Positions 55,004-64,000 of a DNA stretch of 64,000 nucleotides are shown piece after piece. The stretch lies in the IMG/VR virus record IMGVR_UViG_3300024348_000001, positions 1 to 64,000 of that record, one strand, 5' to 3'. A program made the position numbers and the translations under genes. The notes under the pieces are model-generated. The model was given only the letters and a program-made list of their open reading frames with translations. It was not told where the DNA came from and did not search any database. Every line of letters begins with the position of its first letter. Positions within the stretch are counted from its first letter, which is position 1. This DNA is from a virus.

Positions 55004-57154
55004 TTATCCCAGTGTGATGATCTGATCAAAACATCCCCGCAAATTATCTGCGTGTGTCACCATTATAATTTGCCGATGTCCCGAAATCTTTGTCGATAGC
55101 GAACTTAGCGCGTCTGCCAAGAAACTCCGATTGTCTTCGTCGAGGTTTGCTGTTGGTTCGTCCAACGCCAGCAACCCGACAACAGACGCCAAAGACAGCC
55201 AGAACGCAATCGCCAAGATAACCTTCTGGCCCGTAGACAATCTACCTGCGGCCTGCGGTGGTTCCCCGGGTTTGTGCACGATGAACGTCAAATCATCGTG
55301 TGCAGTTTCAACCCAGAAGGGACTACCAAACTTGGCCAGATTATCGTTGATGCCTTGCTCCATCCTTTCCATATTGGCAACGGCAACGATGTTCGGCAAT
55401 TTATCCCTATGCACAACCGTTCTGACTTGCTCCAACATTGACAACAACTGACGCATCTTCTTGTTGCGCTTAACCGACATGCGCAAATTATCTAGATCAC
55501 GTTCGTAGCGTTGGATGCTTTTCTGATTGGCGGCAATTAGGCCTTCCAGTTTGGCAATCTCGACTGTCGTTGCATAATGCTTGCGGCGTCTAGCTGTTAC
55601 GTGCTCTACAAGGTCTTCCGTAACCGTGTACGTTTTAGTGCCGGACTGAACGACCGTGTTGTCTTTGATCGTCGTCTCTACGTCTTTCAACTGTACAGAA
55701 AGCGCGCTCAACAAAGATGACGCTCTTGTTGATTCAATCTCGTGAATCCGTTCATCGGCTTCCGCACCACTCAACGCTTGCTTGTACTTCTCGTATTTAT
55801 CAAGCACCGTGATAGCGTCTTCCAAATCTACAAGCGGTTCTTCTACCGCAGGAATGTTGTCCAGAACGGCAGTAGCTGACGCATGTGCTGCCGTTGCTGA
55901 ACTCAAATCATCCTCATACGTTTTCTTCAAAATCAATGCTTGCTGAAGTGCTTGCAACGTTTTCTTGCGCAACGTACACGCTTCTGTCAGCGTCAACAAT
56001 TCTCTGCGGTATTCCACCAACTGAGCCTGCAACGAATCCACAGGCGTCAAACAAGTCGGACACACTACCTTCTTCGTGTTCTCAAACGTATCAAGAATTT
56101 TTGTCAATTCAGCAACACGCGTCAATCGTGTCTGCTGTTCTTCTTTCAACTGATCGTACTGCTCTCGAGAAACATCTTCAGGCGGCGTAAGCGCATCAAG
56201 TTTGCGTTGAGCTGCTGACACTTTAGCTTCGGCAGCTTTGCGTCGTTCTGTAACTGCCTCGTATTGCCGCCATGCTGTCTTAGCGTCTCGAGCTGTCGTT
56301 ACCTGCTCTTCAATCTTAGTCAGGCGTTCTTTGATCTTTTCCGTATGCGCAACAGCTTCAGTCACCGCTTGCTTGGCCGTAACCAGTTTAGTACTAGCGG
56401 TTTCGATCTTGTCAGTCAGCGTCTTCTGTGTCGCCTGCGCCGTTGTCAAATTCTCAAATGCTCTAACAATTGCCTCAAGCGTCAGCAACGTTTTCTGACT
56501 CAGGACCTGCTGCGTACACTCATCCATCTTTTCCTGCACCGTACTAATCTCAGACGTGAGGCTGGCAATGTTGGCCATCAGTTGGTCGCTGTTATCTACG
56601 GTTGTCTGCACCGAAGATGAGTTGGACAGAATGAACCTGCCCAGTGCCAACCACACCGTTTCGCAATGCTCAGTACCACACAACTTCTGAAACGCTTTCT
56701 TGCGATCGCCATCTGTGGCCGCAAGGAAATCGTAGATCAAATGCTGTTGCTTGAAAACAAACCTGTCCAACACGCCAAACTCGACACCAAGGATGTTCTT
56801 GAGTTCTTCGGCAATCTTTTCAGAGTTGGTAATCTCAATGCCGGGAGTGTCGGCATACGTGAACACGCTCTTGTTGGGGCGCAAGCTACGGCACAGTTTG
56901 AAGTGCACGTTGTTGTGTTCTACTTCAATCTCGGCAAAAGCCTTGTCTGTGGGTTTAGCTTGATTGTTGATGCAATCCGCTTTGACACCCTCGAACCGAC
57001 TCCAGTCATTGGTCAACACTGCGTAGAGCAAATTGACCACCGTTGATTTTCCACACCCGTTTCTGCCGACAATACCGACCAGCCCGCACTTGAAATCAAT
57101 CTCCAATTTCTTGTGCGGACCCACATTCAACACTGTCAATTTCTTGATGTACAT
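55004..57154 (-). CDS. sbcC: Rad50/SbcC (gp46-like) SMC ATPase
   Basis: GRNGCGKST, Q-loop, coiled coils with CPTC hook, LSTGQ, LDEPT, THA. Confidence 0.93.
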   Translation of the reverse strand: MYIKKLTVLNVGPHKKLEIDFKCGLVGIVGRNGCGKSTVVNLLYAVLTNDWSRFEGVKADCINNQAKPTDKAFAEIEVEHNNVHFKLCRSLRPNKSVFTYADTPGIEITNSEKIAEELKNILGVEFGVLDRFVFKQQHLIYDFLAATDGDRKKAFQKLCGTEHCETVWLALGRFILSNSSSVQTTVDNSDQLMANIASLTSEISTVQEKMDECTQQVLSQKTLLTLEAIVRAFENLTTAQATQKTLTDKIETASTKLVTAKQAVTEAVAHTEKIKERLTKIEEQVTTARDAKTAWRQYEAVTERRKAAEAKVSAAQRKLDALTPPEDVSREQYDQLKEEQQTRLTRVAELTKILDTFENTKKVVCPTCLTPVDSLQAQLVEYRRELLTLTEACTLRKKTLQALQQALILKKTYEDDLSSATAAHASATAVLDNIPAVEEPLVDLEDAITVLDKYEKYKQALSGAEADERIHEIESTRASSLLSALSVQLKDVETTIKDNTVVQSGTKTYTVTEDLVEHVTARRRKHYATTVEIAKLEGLIAANQKSIQRYERDLDNLRMSVKRNKKMRQLLSMLEQVRTVVHRDKLPNIVAVANMERMEQGINDNLAKFGSPFWVETAHDDLTFIVHKPGEPPQAAGRLSTGQKVILAIAFWLSLASVVGLLALDEPTANLDEDNRSFLADALSSLSTKISGHRQIIMVTHADNLRGCFDQIITLG

Positions 57155-58247
57155 CGTCTTTCCTCAGCCATTCCTGTCTCAAAGCTTCTAGTTCGGCGTC
57201 AACATTTGTTGCGGCCAGAAAGCGAGAAACTACAGAGAACAGGCGGGGATCTTCCTCTGGATCTACAGCCAATCTCAGCAATGACGTTGGCGTAAGCACT
57301 TCCACATTTGTCGTGGGTGCGGAGACTACCAGCCTCTCCTTGACTTTAGGTGTTTCCTTCAAGAACAAGTGCACCTTGTCTACACACGCCGCTTCCAATC
57401 GTCTGGCTGCGTCGTGAAGCTCGGCGTTGTACTTCACCCTCAGATACGGTCTGCGTATGTGCGGTGGTAAATGTTCTGACTCCGATGCCAACTGTTCAAT
57501 ACGCGCGGGCAGTTCTGATAAGTATTTATCTAATGTCGGGTCGTCTGTGATCTCGACATCGTCCAACGTTGGCCTAACCTTGAGTTCTCCAACCATCCAA
57601 TGTTCGTCGGCGTGAAGCATAAAATATTTATCGGGCTGCTCGTCGATTGACTGCCGACACGTCGATCCCGGGGAATACACAGTAACAGGCTGACCTGTCT
57701 TGCCTGTGGTGTGAAAGACTTTGTGCACATGCAAATCACCCGTGAAGATTGTGGACACATGCGGCACGTCACTGAAGTTAGCTTCGGGCGTCGTGATACC
57801 GCCCATGAACTCTCCCCACACCTGATGGCTGACCAGAATATCAGTGTCCACAGGGATCTGCGCAAATTCATCGTGAATGCGATCGGCTGGCTGCCAATCC
57901 ATACCGTAAATCGTTACACCGTCAATCATTACGTGACGACCGTGTAAATGTGTGGCGTGAGCATGCGCCGACAACCACGTGGGACTGTCTCTGTCGTGCT
58001 GCCCTTGAATAAAATAAAAAGGGATATTCGCCTCCCTAAGCCTGTCTAGTTGCCGGAAGAACTCTCGGATTGGATAGGCCCGATTTCGTTGCTTATCGAT
58101 TAGGTCGCCGGCCCCAATAACCGCCGAGACTTTCTTAGTCACGGCATGTGTCACAATCTGTTCAAGGGCAAATGCAGCGTCACCAGCCACGGCACGAGTT
58201 GTCCATGCCGATTCCTGCAAATGCGCATCAGCAAAAAACAAAAGCAT
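57096..58247 (-). CDS. sbcD: Mre11/SbcD (gp47-like) nuclease
   Basis: ADAH, AGDLID, GQHD, GDLH, SPGS metallophosphoesterase motifs. Confidence 0.88.
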   Translation of the reverse strand: MLLFFADAHLQESAWTTRAVAGDAAFALEQIVTHAVTKKVSAVIGAGDLIDKQRNRAYPIREFFRQLDRLREANIPFYFIQGQHDRDSPTWLSAHAHATHLHGRHVMIDGVTIYGMDWQPADRIHDEFAQIPVDTDILVSHQVWGEFMGGITTPEANFSDVPHVSTIFTGDLHVHKVFHTTGKTGQPVTVYSPGSTCRQSIDEQPDKYFMLHADEHWMVGELKVRPTLDDVEITDDPTLDKYLSELPARIEQLASESEHLPPHIRRPYLRVKYNAELHDAARRLEAACVDKVHLFLKETPKVKERLVVSAPTTNVEVLTPTSLLRLAVDPEEDPRLFSVVSRFLAATNVDAELEALRQEWLRKDDVHQEIDSVECGSAQEIGD

Positions 58248-58281
58248 TGTTTGCTCCTGAGTATTGTTACAACAACGCGTT

Positions 58282-58791
58282 TTAAATAGTGAAGACCAAT
58301 GCGGCGTAAGGACTGTCTAAATTGTTTGCAAGTTTTAATTGCACAACACGTACGTTGCCGTCTATTTTAAAATCTTCACGTTTAATTGCGTCTTGAATTG
58401 AACTTGTTAATTCCGCTTCGTGGTTTTCGTTGTATGTGTCTTCATTATTTAGATCAAACGAAAGACCTACAACTTGCACCGTTACATCTAATTGCATTTG
58501 TATTGCGGCGTCATACGTTTTCTTGTACCGTCTTTCGTTAAAAATTGCATTAAAATCGTGTTGTCGTCGATTAAAAACTAAGAACGGCTGGTTTTCGTCA
58601 AAGATAGCCACCATATCCTCTAAAACGTCTTTTTTCATTTCTTCTGCGGTTATACAATCAGCAAGAGAATACGGCGTATCTTTAACTTCGTCGTAAACAG
58701 AAACTGACATTTCTAATTGTTCGTCTGTAAAACCTTTTAACACTTTTAACAAATCTTTGTACGAAGGGTGCCTTTCGTTAAACCGTGACAT
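58282..58791 (-). CDS. Hypothetical protein
   Basis: 169-aa AT-rich ORF with GAGG SD. Confidence 0.65.
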   Translation of the reverse strand: MSRFNERHPSYKDLLKVLKGFTDEQLEMSVSVYDEVKDTPYSLADCITAEEMKKDVLEDMVAIFDENQPFLVFNRRQHDFNAIFNERRYKKTYDAAIQMQLDVTVQVVGLSFDLNNEDTYNENHEAELTSSIQDAIKREDFKIDGNVRVVQLKLANNLDSPYAALVFTI

Positions 58792-58807
58792 ATCAACCTC
58801 GCTTAAA

Positions 58808-59017
58808 TTACTCTTCAGTCCAAAATGCCTTTCCGTTTAACTTATCTGCGTATTTTGTATTTTCTAGTCCGTGCAACCCGACGGTGTAATTATTGAATGT
58901 GCACACGATGTAATAATTTTCTTTATTTTTTATAACTTGATATGCCTTAGTGTCAGCAAATACAGTTTTACCTGCGTCAACAGCTTTTTTTATCTTTTCA
59001 ATTGTGTCTAGTTTCAC
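58808..59017 (-). CDS. Hypothetical protein
   Basis: 69-aa ORF with AGGAG SD. Confidence 0.65.
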   Translation of the reverse strand: MKLDTIEKIKKAVDAGKTVFADTKAYQVIKNKENYYIVCTFNNYTVGLHGLENTKYADKLNGKAFWTEE

Positions 59018-59110
59018 GCATCATCTCCTATTAATGTTGTAACGTATTGTGCCAATTCTTTGCTAAGAATGAAAAGCAGTTGAGCTAAACCCGTGCTGTT
59101 CATCTCTATC

Positions 59111-59434
59111 TCACACCCCGTTGTTATTTTCGTCGGCGTCTATGCGTTCTATTTTTAAAGCTTTTTTAATCGTTCTACTGAGGTGTTCTTTTGTTATTAC
59201 AAAATCAATCTCATCCGACAGATCACACATAATGTGCTGGGGACCGCCGTATAATTCTTCTTTGTCAATTAAATACCGTTCGCAACATTTTTTTGTATTT
59301 TCAACGTTCGGACAATTACCGCCGCAATAATAACATGGCGACGTCATCATGCTTTTATTTGCGTTTTCTAAATTTTTTGACAAATACTCTAAAGCCGCAA
59401 GCAATATAAAACGGTCTCGTCTTTTCATTTTCAT
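59111..59434 (-). CDS. Hypothetical protein
   Basis: 107-aa ORF; CYYCGGNCP..CC motif. Confidence 0.6.
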   Translation of the reverse strand: MKMKRRDRFILLAALEYLSKNLENANKSMMTSPCYYCGGNCPNVENTKKCCERYLIDKEELYGGPQHIMCDLSDEIDFVITKEHLSRTIKKALKIERIDADENNNGV

Positions 59435-59601
59435 TCGCCGTCTCCTACTAGCGTTGTAACGTTACGTAATTCCTCAAAGAACGCGTCTGTGTCTAAATCC
59501 ATGCGGTCTAAAATCTTTTCTAGCGTTTTGGGAGCCATAACATTTAACGCGTTTACAACTTCAAGCACTGCGCACAAACCGCTGTATTGTTCCTGTGTCA
59601 T
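59431..59601 (-). CDS. Hypothetical protein, 56 aa
   Basis: MTQEQ start at an ATGA overlap with the upstream stop. Confidence 0.6.
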   Translation of the reverse strand: MTQEQYSGLCAVLEVVNALNVMAPKTLEKILDRMDLDTDAFFEELRNVTTLVGDGE

Positions 59602-59792
59602 TTTGGGTTCTCCGTCACTGCTATAATCGTACAAGTCCCCGATTCAGATTCGCACCATTCAACGTCAGATTCACCAGACATGGCGCGATCCAAGACCAAA
59701 TCTTCCGCTGCTTCTCTATCGACAGCCTCAACATCAATGTCTGCGCTCATAACCACGTCACGTAAAACTCTAATGCGATACTTTGGCATCAC
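59598..59792 (-). CDS. Hypothetical protein
   Basis: 64-aa ORF with GGAGG; V.V.A....A...A pattern common in small phage proteins. Confidence 0.65.
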   Translation of the reverse strand: MMPKYRIRVLRDVVMSADIDVEAVDREAAEDLVLDRAMSGESDVEWCESESGTCTIIAVTENPK

Positions 59793-60112
59793 GCACCTCC
59801 GTTTAATTTGGCAATTAAATTGTTTGCCTGATCAAGTGCCTCATACGAAAAACCGTCTGAGTCTTCGCCATCTTCAATCTCCAAAATTGTCTCAAAAGAC
59901 TTAACAAGCGCAATCAACGTGCTGAGCAAGCTTGGAGCTTCATTAATCAACTTGGCATTTGCTTCTTTGTTCTTGCCGTAAACAGTTACAGACTCCCACT
60001 CTAATGCTTGTTTCCCTCGCTCCGGATGAGGCACATGGAGAATTGTTCCCCACAACGAGTTGTAATGCTTATCGAACTGCCACTGAATGTTCCACGGTCC
60101 TTCTGTATGCAC
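59789..60112 (-). CDS. Phage protein of the HTPGPW/ANAxLIAAAP type
   Basis: MHTEGPW ... EANAKLINEAPSLL. Confidence 0.7.
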   Translation of the reverse strand: MHTEGPWNIQWQFDKHYNSLWGTILHVPHPERGKQALEWESVTVYGKNKEANAKLINEAPSLLSTLIALVKSFETILEIEDGEDSDGFSYEALDQANNLIAKLNGGA

Positions 60113-60121
60113 AATCAGCTC

Positions 60122-60301
60122 CTATACGTTGATGTTCTCTTTGTTGATGTCCAATACGTACCAGTCTGCGCGGTCCATAAAATCGTCTTTGGCCGTTTCA
60201 GCCGCAACGTGCATTGCGTCTTTGTCGTCATCGGCTTCAAAAGATTTGACAATATCCCACGCACCGCTTTCTCGAACGAAAGCGAAGTAATACATCGGCA
60301 T
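60122..60301 (-). CDS. Hypothetical protein, 59 aa (below ORF-track cut-off)
   Basis: Hand translation MPMYYFAFVRESGAWDIVKSFEADDDKDA...; AGGA SD. Confidence 0.6.
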   Translation of the reverse strand: MPMYYFAFVRESGAWDIVKSFEADDDKDAMHVAAETAKDDFMDRADWYVLDINKENINV

Positions 60302-60309
60302 GCTGTTTC

Positions 60310-60483
60310 CTATACGTCAAATAGAACGCGCAACAGCTCTTGCAGTCTGCGCACTTCACTTGCCACTTTGTGTAACTGCTTGATACAACCGACGGCGTCA
60401 AAGCCGTCGATTGTCTTCTTGTCTGTAGACTCTTTAATCAGCGTTTTTGGAAACTTTGCAACGGCGCGGTCCGTAATGTCCAT
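60310..60483 (-). CDS. Hypothetical protein, 57 aa (below ORF-track cut-off)
   Basis: Hand translation MDITDRAVAKFPKTLIKES...LFDV*; GAGG SD; overlaps the upstream gene by 50 nt. Confidence 0.5.
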   Translation of the reverse strand: MDITDRAVAKFPKTLIKESTDKKTIDGFDAVGCIKQLHKVASEVRRLQELLRVLFDV

Positions 60484-60973
60484 TGGTCTGCCTCACCACG
60501 TCAATGATGCGCGTGGTGTGCAACTCACCACACATCTCTATATATTTGACGTTTTGAGCCAACTCTCCAAGCTTACAAGGGCTGTCTCGGTATTCAGCTC
60601 CCTTGACAAACGTCGTAGGTTTAAGCGCCTGCATAACGTCAGGCCACTCATCCGTCGAACCTTCAATGACGTAATCCACAAACTTGCACGCCAACAAAAT
60701 GTCTAATCGTTCGGCAAATGAATAGAAAGGTCTAGAGTCACCTTTTAACTTTTTCACAGACTCATCGGTGTCCAAACCGACAATCAACCGTGCACCCAGA
60801 TAATGTGCTTCACGCAACAAATGCACGTGCCCGGCGTGAAACAAATCAAAGCAACCCACAGTAAAAACTATGGGTTGCGAAAACTCTAGTGCCCGTAACT
60901 GGTTGAATGTTTCTACTTTGGACAAATCCACACCAATCGTAGTAATGTCATACCCGTTACGGAATATTCTCAT
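60434..60973 (-). CDS. D-glycero-manno-heptose-1-P nucleotidyltransferase-like (HldC/RfaE domain II)
   Basis: GCFDLFHAGH (HIGH), LIVGLDTDESV..LKG..RP, ER..IL.A...VDYV, VKG.EY, HTT.II. Confidence 0.85.
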   Translation of the reverse strand: MRIFRNGYDITTIGVDLSKVETFNQLRALEFSQPIVFTVGCFDLFHAGHVHLLREAHYLGARLIVGLDTDESVKKLKGDSRPFYSFAERLDILLACKFVDYVIEGSTDEWPDVMQALKPTTFVKGAEYRDSPCKLGELAQNVKYIEMCGELHTTRIIDVVRQTNGHYGPRRCKVSKNAD

Positions 60974-62010
60974 TTCAACGCATCCTTGCGAGTTACTGTA
61001 GCTGTACCCGGCGTACGCACAGCTACTCCTGCTGCGCTCTGTGCAAAATCACATGCGGCAACAAACGGCATACCTTCCATCAGGCCCACAGCAAGACCAG
61101 CCAGAAACGTGTCGCCCGCTCCGCAAACGTCTGTCAGATTGGGGAGCAAATGCTTATACGGTGGAGGTGCGTAAATAAAATCACCGTCACACGTTGCGTA
61201 ACCCTTATCGCCAAACGTGATAACCAAACGTTTAAACAATACACCGTGACCTGCCACTTGCTGATTAAACACGTCATACACAGCGCGGTACACCAGTTCG
61301 GGTTCTGCATCAGGCGCAATAGGCTGTTCAGCAAACGCCAAATACTCCCGAGCCTGCCGTTCGTTAAACTTAAAAATCGTATCTTTAGAGCCCCACGCCT
61401 GCCAGTTAGAAAGGCGTCTGCCCGGGATATGTCTGCCCGGATCCACAATCAGTAATTTACCTTCAGCCGCAGCCACAATGCGCGCCCTGACATCCCCAGC
61501 CCGAGGTTCTAGACCAAAGAACCCCTTGTGGTAATCAGACACCACAAACACATCAACGTTACTGGGCCACTTCAGATCGTTGCCTGCTTCTTCGCTTCCA
61601 ATCAGGTTGACACTAGACGTCAGCCAGTGGTCATAAGGATCTACATCAAACCGGGTTATCCTTGGGCTCATCGTTTGCGTGATGTCGTTGTTTGTGATCC
61701 TGCATTTAATTACAGGTCGAACGCGCGTAGACGACACAATAGGCGTAACTCCTGCCAGTAACAACTGCTCACGCACAATGGCATAATCATCGCCACGAGC
61801 ACCTGCCGTATACAACGTTACAGCATTATCGTTCGGGCCAAACTTGCTTAGCGATTGCACATTCACTGCTACATTGGCTGCGCCGCCGGGAGTCGTGTGT
61901 CGAAAAGATACATTGGCTTTTAACGTCCCCGGCTGTTCGTAATTGTCTTTTACACTGTTAATTGTCAAATGACGGTCAATAATCGTGTCACCAAATACAG
62001 CGATGTTCAC
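60970..62010 (-). CDS. Heptose-7-P kinase-like PfkB enzyme (HldA/RfaE domain I)
   Basis: IAVFGD.IID, PGGAANVA.N..SL, SDY.KG, DVCGAGDTF. Confidence 0.85.
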   Translation of the reverse strand: MNIAVFGDTIIDRHLTINSVKDNYEQPGTLKANVSFRHTTPGGAANVAVNVQSLSKFGPNDNAVTLYTAGARGDDYAIVREQLLLAGVTPIVSSTRVRPVIKCRITNNDITQTMSPRITRFDVDPYDHWLTSSVNLIGSEEAGNDLKWPSNVDVFVVSDYHKGFFGLEPRAGDVRARIVAAAEGKLLIVDPGRHIPGRRLSNWQAWGSKDTIFKFNERQAREYLAFAEQPIAPDAEPELVYRAVYDVFNQQVAGHGVLFKRLVITFGDKGYATCDGDFIYAPPPYKHLLPNLTDVCGAGDTFLAGLAVGLMEGMPFVAACDFAQSAAGVAVRTPGTATVTRKDALK

Positions 62011-62180
62011 TGATACACTCCTCTAATGTTTCCTGCGTCTGGTGATATGCGTCCCAGTGGTGGCTGGTAAGCATCTTCTTTAGATTTACAATCAGAACAC
62101 CTACGGACACGCGTAGAGTCAGGTGTGATAAATTTCCACTGACACCCAAGACACACACGTACCGTTGGAGTTGGTTGCAT
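62007..62180 (-). CDS. 57-aa Zn-ribbon protein (below ORF-track cut-off)
   Basis: Hand translation MQPTPTVRVCLGCQWKF...RRCSDCK...; GTGA overlap with the kinase start. Confidence 0.6.
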   Translation of the reverse strand: MQPTPTVRVCLGCQWKFITPDSTRVRRCSDCKSKEDAYQPPLGRISPDAGNIRGVYQ

Positions 62181-62182
62181 TG

Positions 62183-62746
62183 TCATTCCTCAGTAATTAA
62201 ATCGTCGTCATCGCATTTGTCACGGCATTCGCCAACAAATATGTCGCAAGGGTCGCCCTCGCCACTTGTTACGTACAATTTGCTTTTGTCTGCTTCGGCA
62301 TTTAACTTGTCGCTGTAAAGCTCGTCAAGGTAAGCCTCTCGGCTACCTATCCCGTTACAGTAAGAACAGGTCTTGTCGTAACGCGTCAACAACGTCCGAG
62401 CGTTTCTGTAATAACGAAACCAGCCGTGCTTTTCCAATTTCTTAAGATTACCCGCCAAATTAAATTCAGCAGCCCTTACGTGCGTCCTTGCAACGGCTTT
62501 TCTCCATTTCTTGAGAAGCCGTTTATTTGTCGTCTCAACTTTAGCTCGTCCTTTACATTGTGGACATGGCGCTAAATTACTGCACGCCCAAGGCATGTAA
62601 TACTTTCCACTAGGCATCAAACTAAATACCGAACCAATAAAAATCGAACGTTCAAACTGATCGTTCCACTCGTTCCACTGCCATTCCTCCCGGTCAAGAT
62701 CTTTTCTGACACGATCCCAATCAATACCTGTTTCTACAGCCGTCAT
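62183..62746 (-). CDS. Hypothetical protein with DnaJ-like CxxCxGxG Zn motifs
   Basis: CPQCKGRA and CSYCNGIG; SGKYYMPWAC. Confidence 0.7.
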   Translation of the reverse strand: MTAVETGIDWDRVRKDLDREEWQWNEWNDQFERSIFIGSVFSLMPSGKYYMPWACSNLAPCPQCKGRAKVETTNKRLLKKWRKAVARTHVRAAEFNLAGNLKKLEKHGWFRYYRNARTLLTRYDKTCSYCNGIGSREAYLDELYSDKLNAEADKSKLYVTSGEGDPCDIFVGECRDKCDDDDLITEE

Positions 62747-63087
62747 GGCATTTCCTTTCTATAAGTACTTACGATTTTGTTCTTCAATTCGTTGTTCCAT
62801 TCTTGATTCTTGGCAGGGTCACATCGCCATGAAATTATCACCCAGTCATCAATCGTGTCATCGTCATTAATTGTGTACGTCTCAACCACTTCGTACCGTC
62901 TAACTGTTCCAATAATCCGAGCCGTGCGCAATTCTACACGCTTGTCAGCCATGATCGCCAACGTGTAATGACCAATCTCTAAGTCTATTACTTTTAAGTA
63001 CTTAGGGTCATCAATCCATTTTTTGTAACGGTCACTTGCGTGTTTTTCGGCACTTGTAGGTTCACTAATTGGCACAAACACAAACAT
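62743..63087 (-). CDS. Hypothetical protein
   Basis: 114-aa ORF with AGGA SD. Confidence 0.65.
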   Translation of the reverse strand: MFVFVPISEPTSAEKHASDRYKKWIDDPKYLKVIDLEIGHYTLAIMADKRVELRTARIIGTVRRYEVVETYTINDDDTIDDWVIISWRCDPAKNQEWNNELKNKIVSTYRKEMP

Positions 63088-63096
63088 AGGTTTTCC

Positions 63097-63378
63097 TTAT
63101 TTGTCAAACGACAGGAAATTACCATCTGCGCCCGTAATCGCAGCGATCAATTGCTCGTACGAATACGTGATGTCGTCGTATACATCTTTGTCTTTCAACA
63201 CAGAGATAGTGACAACATCATCGTCAAACTCAAAACGAATAGCTGTGTACCCCAAAGCTTCCGCTGTTGGGGTTTCAGTGACAACAACTGTGCGTTCGTC
63301 ACTAGCCAAAGGAATGGCTTTTTGTTTATTTCGTTTGTTGACGACGTGCACGCTTAGGTTTTGGTTCATCAGGCTCAC
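63097..63378 (-). CDS. Hypothetical protein
   Basis: 93-aa ORF (alternative start 63369). Confidence 0.55.
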   Translation of the reverse strand: MSLMNQNLSVHVVNKRNKQKAIPLASDERTVVVTETPTAEALGYTAIRFEFDDDVVTISVLKDKDVYDDITYSYEQLIAAITGADGNFLSFDK

Positions 63379-63730
63379 CCCAGTTCATTTCTACAAGAAA
63401 GGCCCGCCAAGCCTCGATCAAGGTCTCACGGGGGCAAAGTACTTCTTTGTCACAGAAAGCGCTCACGCAGTCATAATCGAGGCCCGGAAAGGCACGTTTT
63501 AATTCTGCGTGTAAAAACTTGTACGCGTCAAAAAACACTGTGGCTTTGTAACACGTGCGGTAATGTTCTTCTACCACATCTAACCAACTTACCAAATCAC
63601 GGCGACCTTGAGCATCTTCACTGGCGTTATAGCACAACATATTTGTAGTTAGCTTAAACGGTATTTTATATTTTTGGATCGTCGCATTTGAGATTAATTC
63701 GTCGTCGGGTACTGGCGGAAGTTCGATCAT
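63326..63730 (-). CDS. Hypothetical protein
   Basis: ORF track 63326..63865; ATG at 63730 has a GGGGA SD; true start uncertain. Confidence 0.5.
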   Translation of the reverse strand: MIELPPVPDDELISNATIQKYKIPFKLTTNMLCYNASEDAQGRRDLVSWLDVVEEHYRTCYKATVFFDAYKFLHAELKRAFPGLDYDCVSAFCDKEVLCPRETLIEAWRAFLVEMNWGEPDEPKPKRARRQQTK

Positions 63731-64000
63731 GTAAAGATCCCCATGACTGTTGAAGGTGAAATTTCTTGTCCATGAGTCGGCGCATACCAAAGAGATACCC
63801 AACAACAGCGCCAGCATGAATGTCGGTAGATTGTTGCGACAAAAACAACGCGTCGTACAAACCATACGGAAACGTTAATGCTGAACCAAAAATAGACGTG
63901 GGATCAAAATCAGACGCTAGATGCCATTGAAACGCAACACGGGTACTGATTGACGACGGTAGTGGTGTCTGTAGTGCGTTGGTGTTGGTCAAATGCAACG

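Noticed and set aside
60008-60706. 232-aa plus-strand ORF
   Set aside because: Antisense shadow of four well-supported minus-strand genes; no recognisable motif.
1-64000. Alternative genetic code, or a cellular chromosome origin
   Set aside because: Long ORFs end at ordinary TAA/TAG/TGA with tight packing. Single-strand coding, a portal-like gene, a phage-type replisome and the absence of housekeeping operons point to a phage.

Overview
The window looks like a 64-kb piece of a large (jumbo-type) tailed bacteriophage genome. Every credible gene is on the minus strand, genes are tightly packed (frequent ATGA/TGATG overlaps), Shine-Dalgarno sites are bacterial (GGAGG) and the code is standard. 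Reading right to left (transcription order): (i) small hypothetical ORFs with a split ADP-heptose pair (HldA-like kinase, HldC-like nucleotidyltransferase); (ii) a replication/recombination block with Mre11/SbcD, Rad50/SbcC, an IS110/Tas-like Nop-domain protein, SF2 helicase, DnaB-like helicase, primase, UDG-fused family A DNA polymerase, a probable SSB and RecA; (iii) nucleotide and accessory genes (PhoH, ThyX, DEDDh exonuclease, RuvC-like resolvase, DUF3310, several apparent pseudo-enzymes including a ligase lacking its catalytic Lys); (iv) promoter-ORF-terminator cassettes sharing a 35-bp motif; (v) a morphogenesis block with a portal carrying a Zn-ribbon insert, a tubulin/FtsZ homologue and low-complexity proteins with recurrent K-x-A motifs; (vi) an 8.7-kb glycan-modification cluster with a stand-alone metacaspase inside it; (vii) two more cassettes and a class II ribonucleotide reductase that runs off the left edge and is absent from the ORF track. 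No tRNA, CRISPR array, intron, intein or intact IS element was seen. Top leads: the apparently domesticated IS110/Tas-like protein, the cassette system, the K-x-A proteins with the metacaspase, and the glycosylation machinery. All family calls come from reading motifs by eye; no database search was run.
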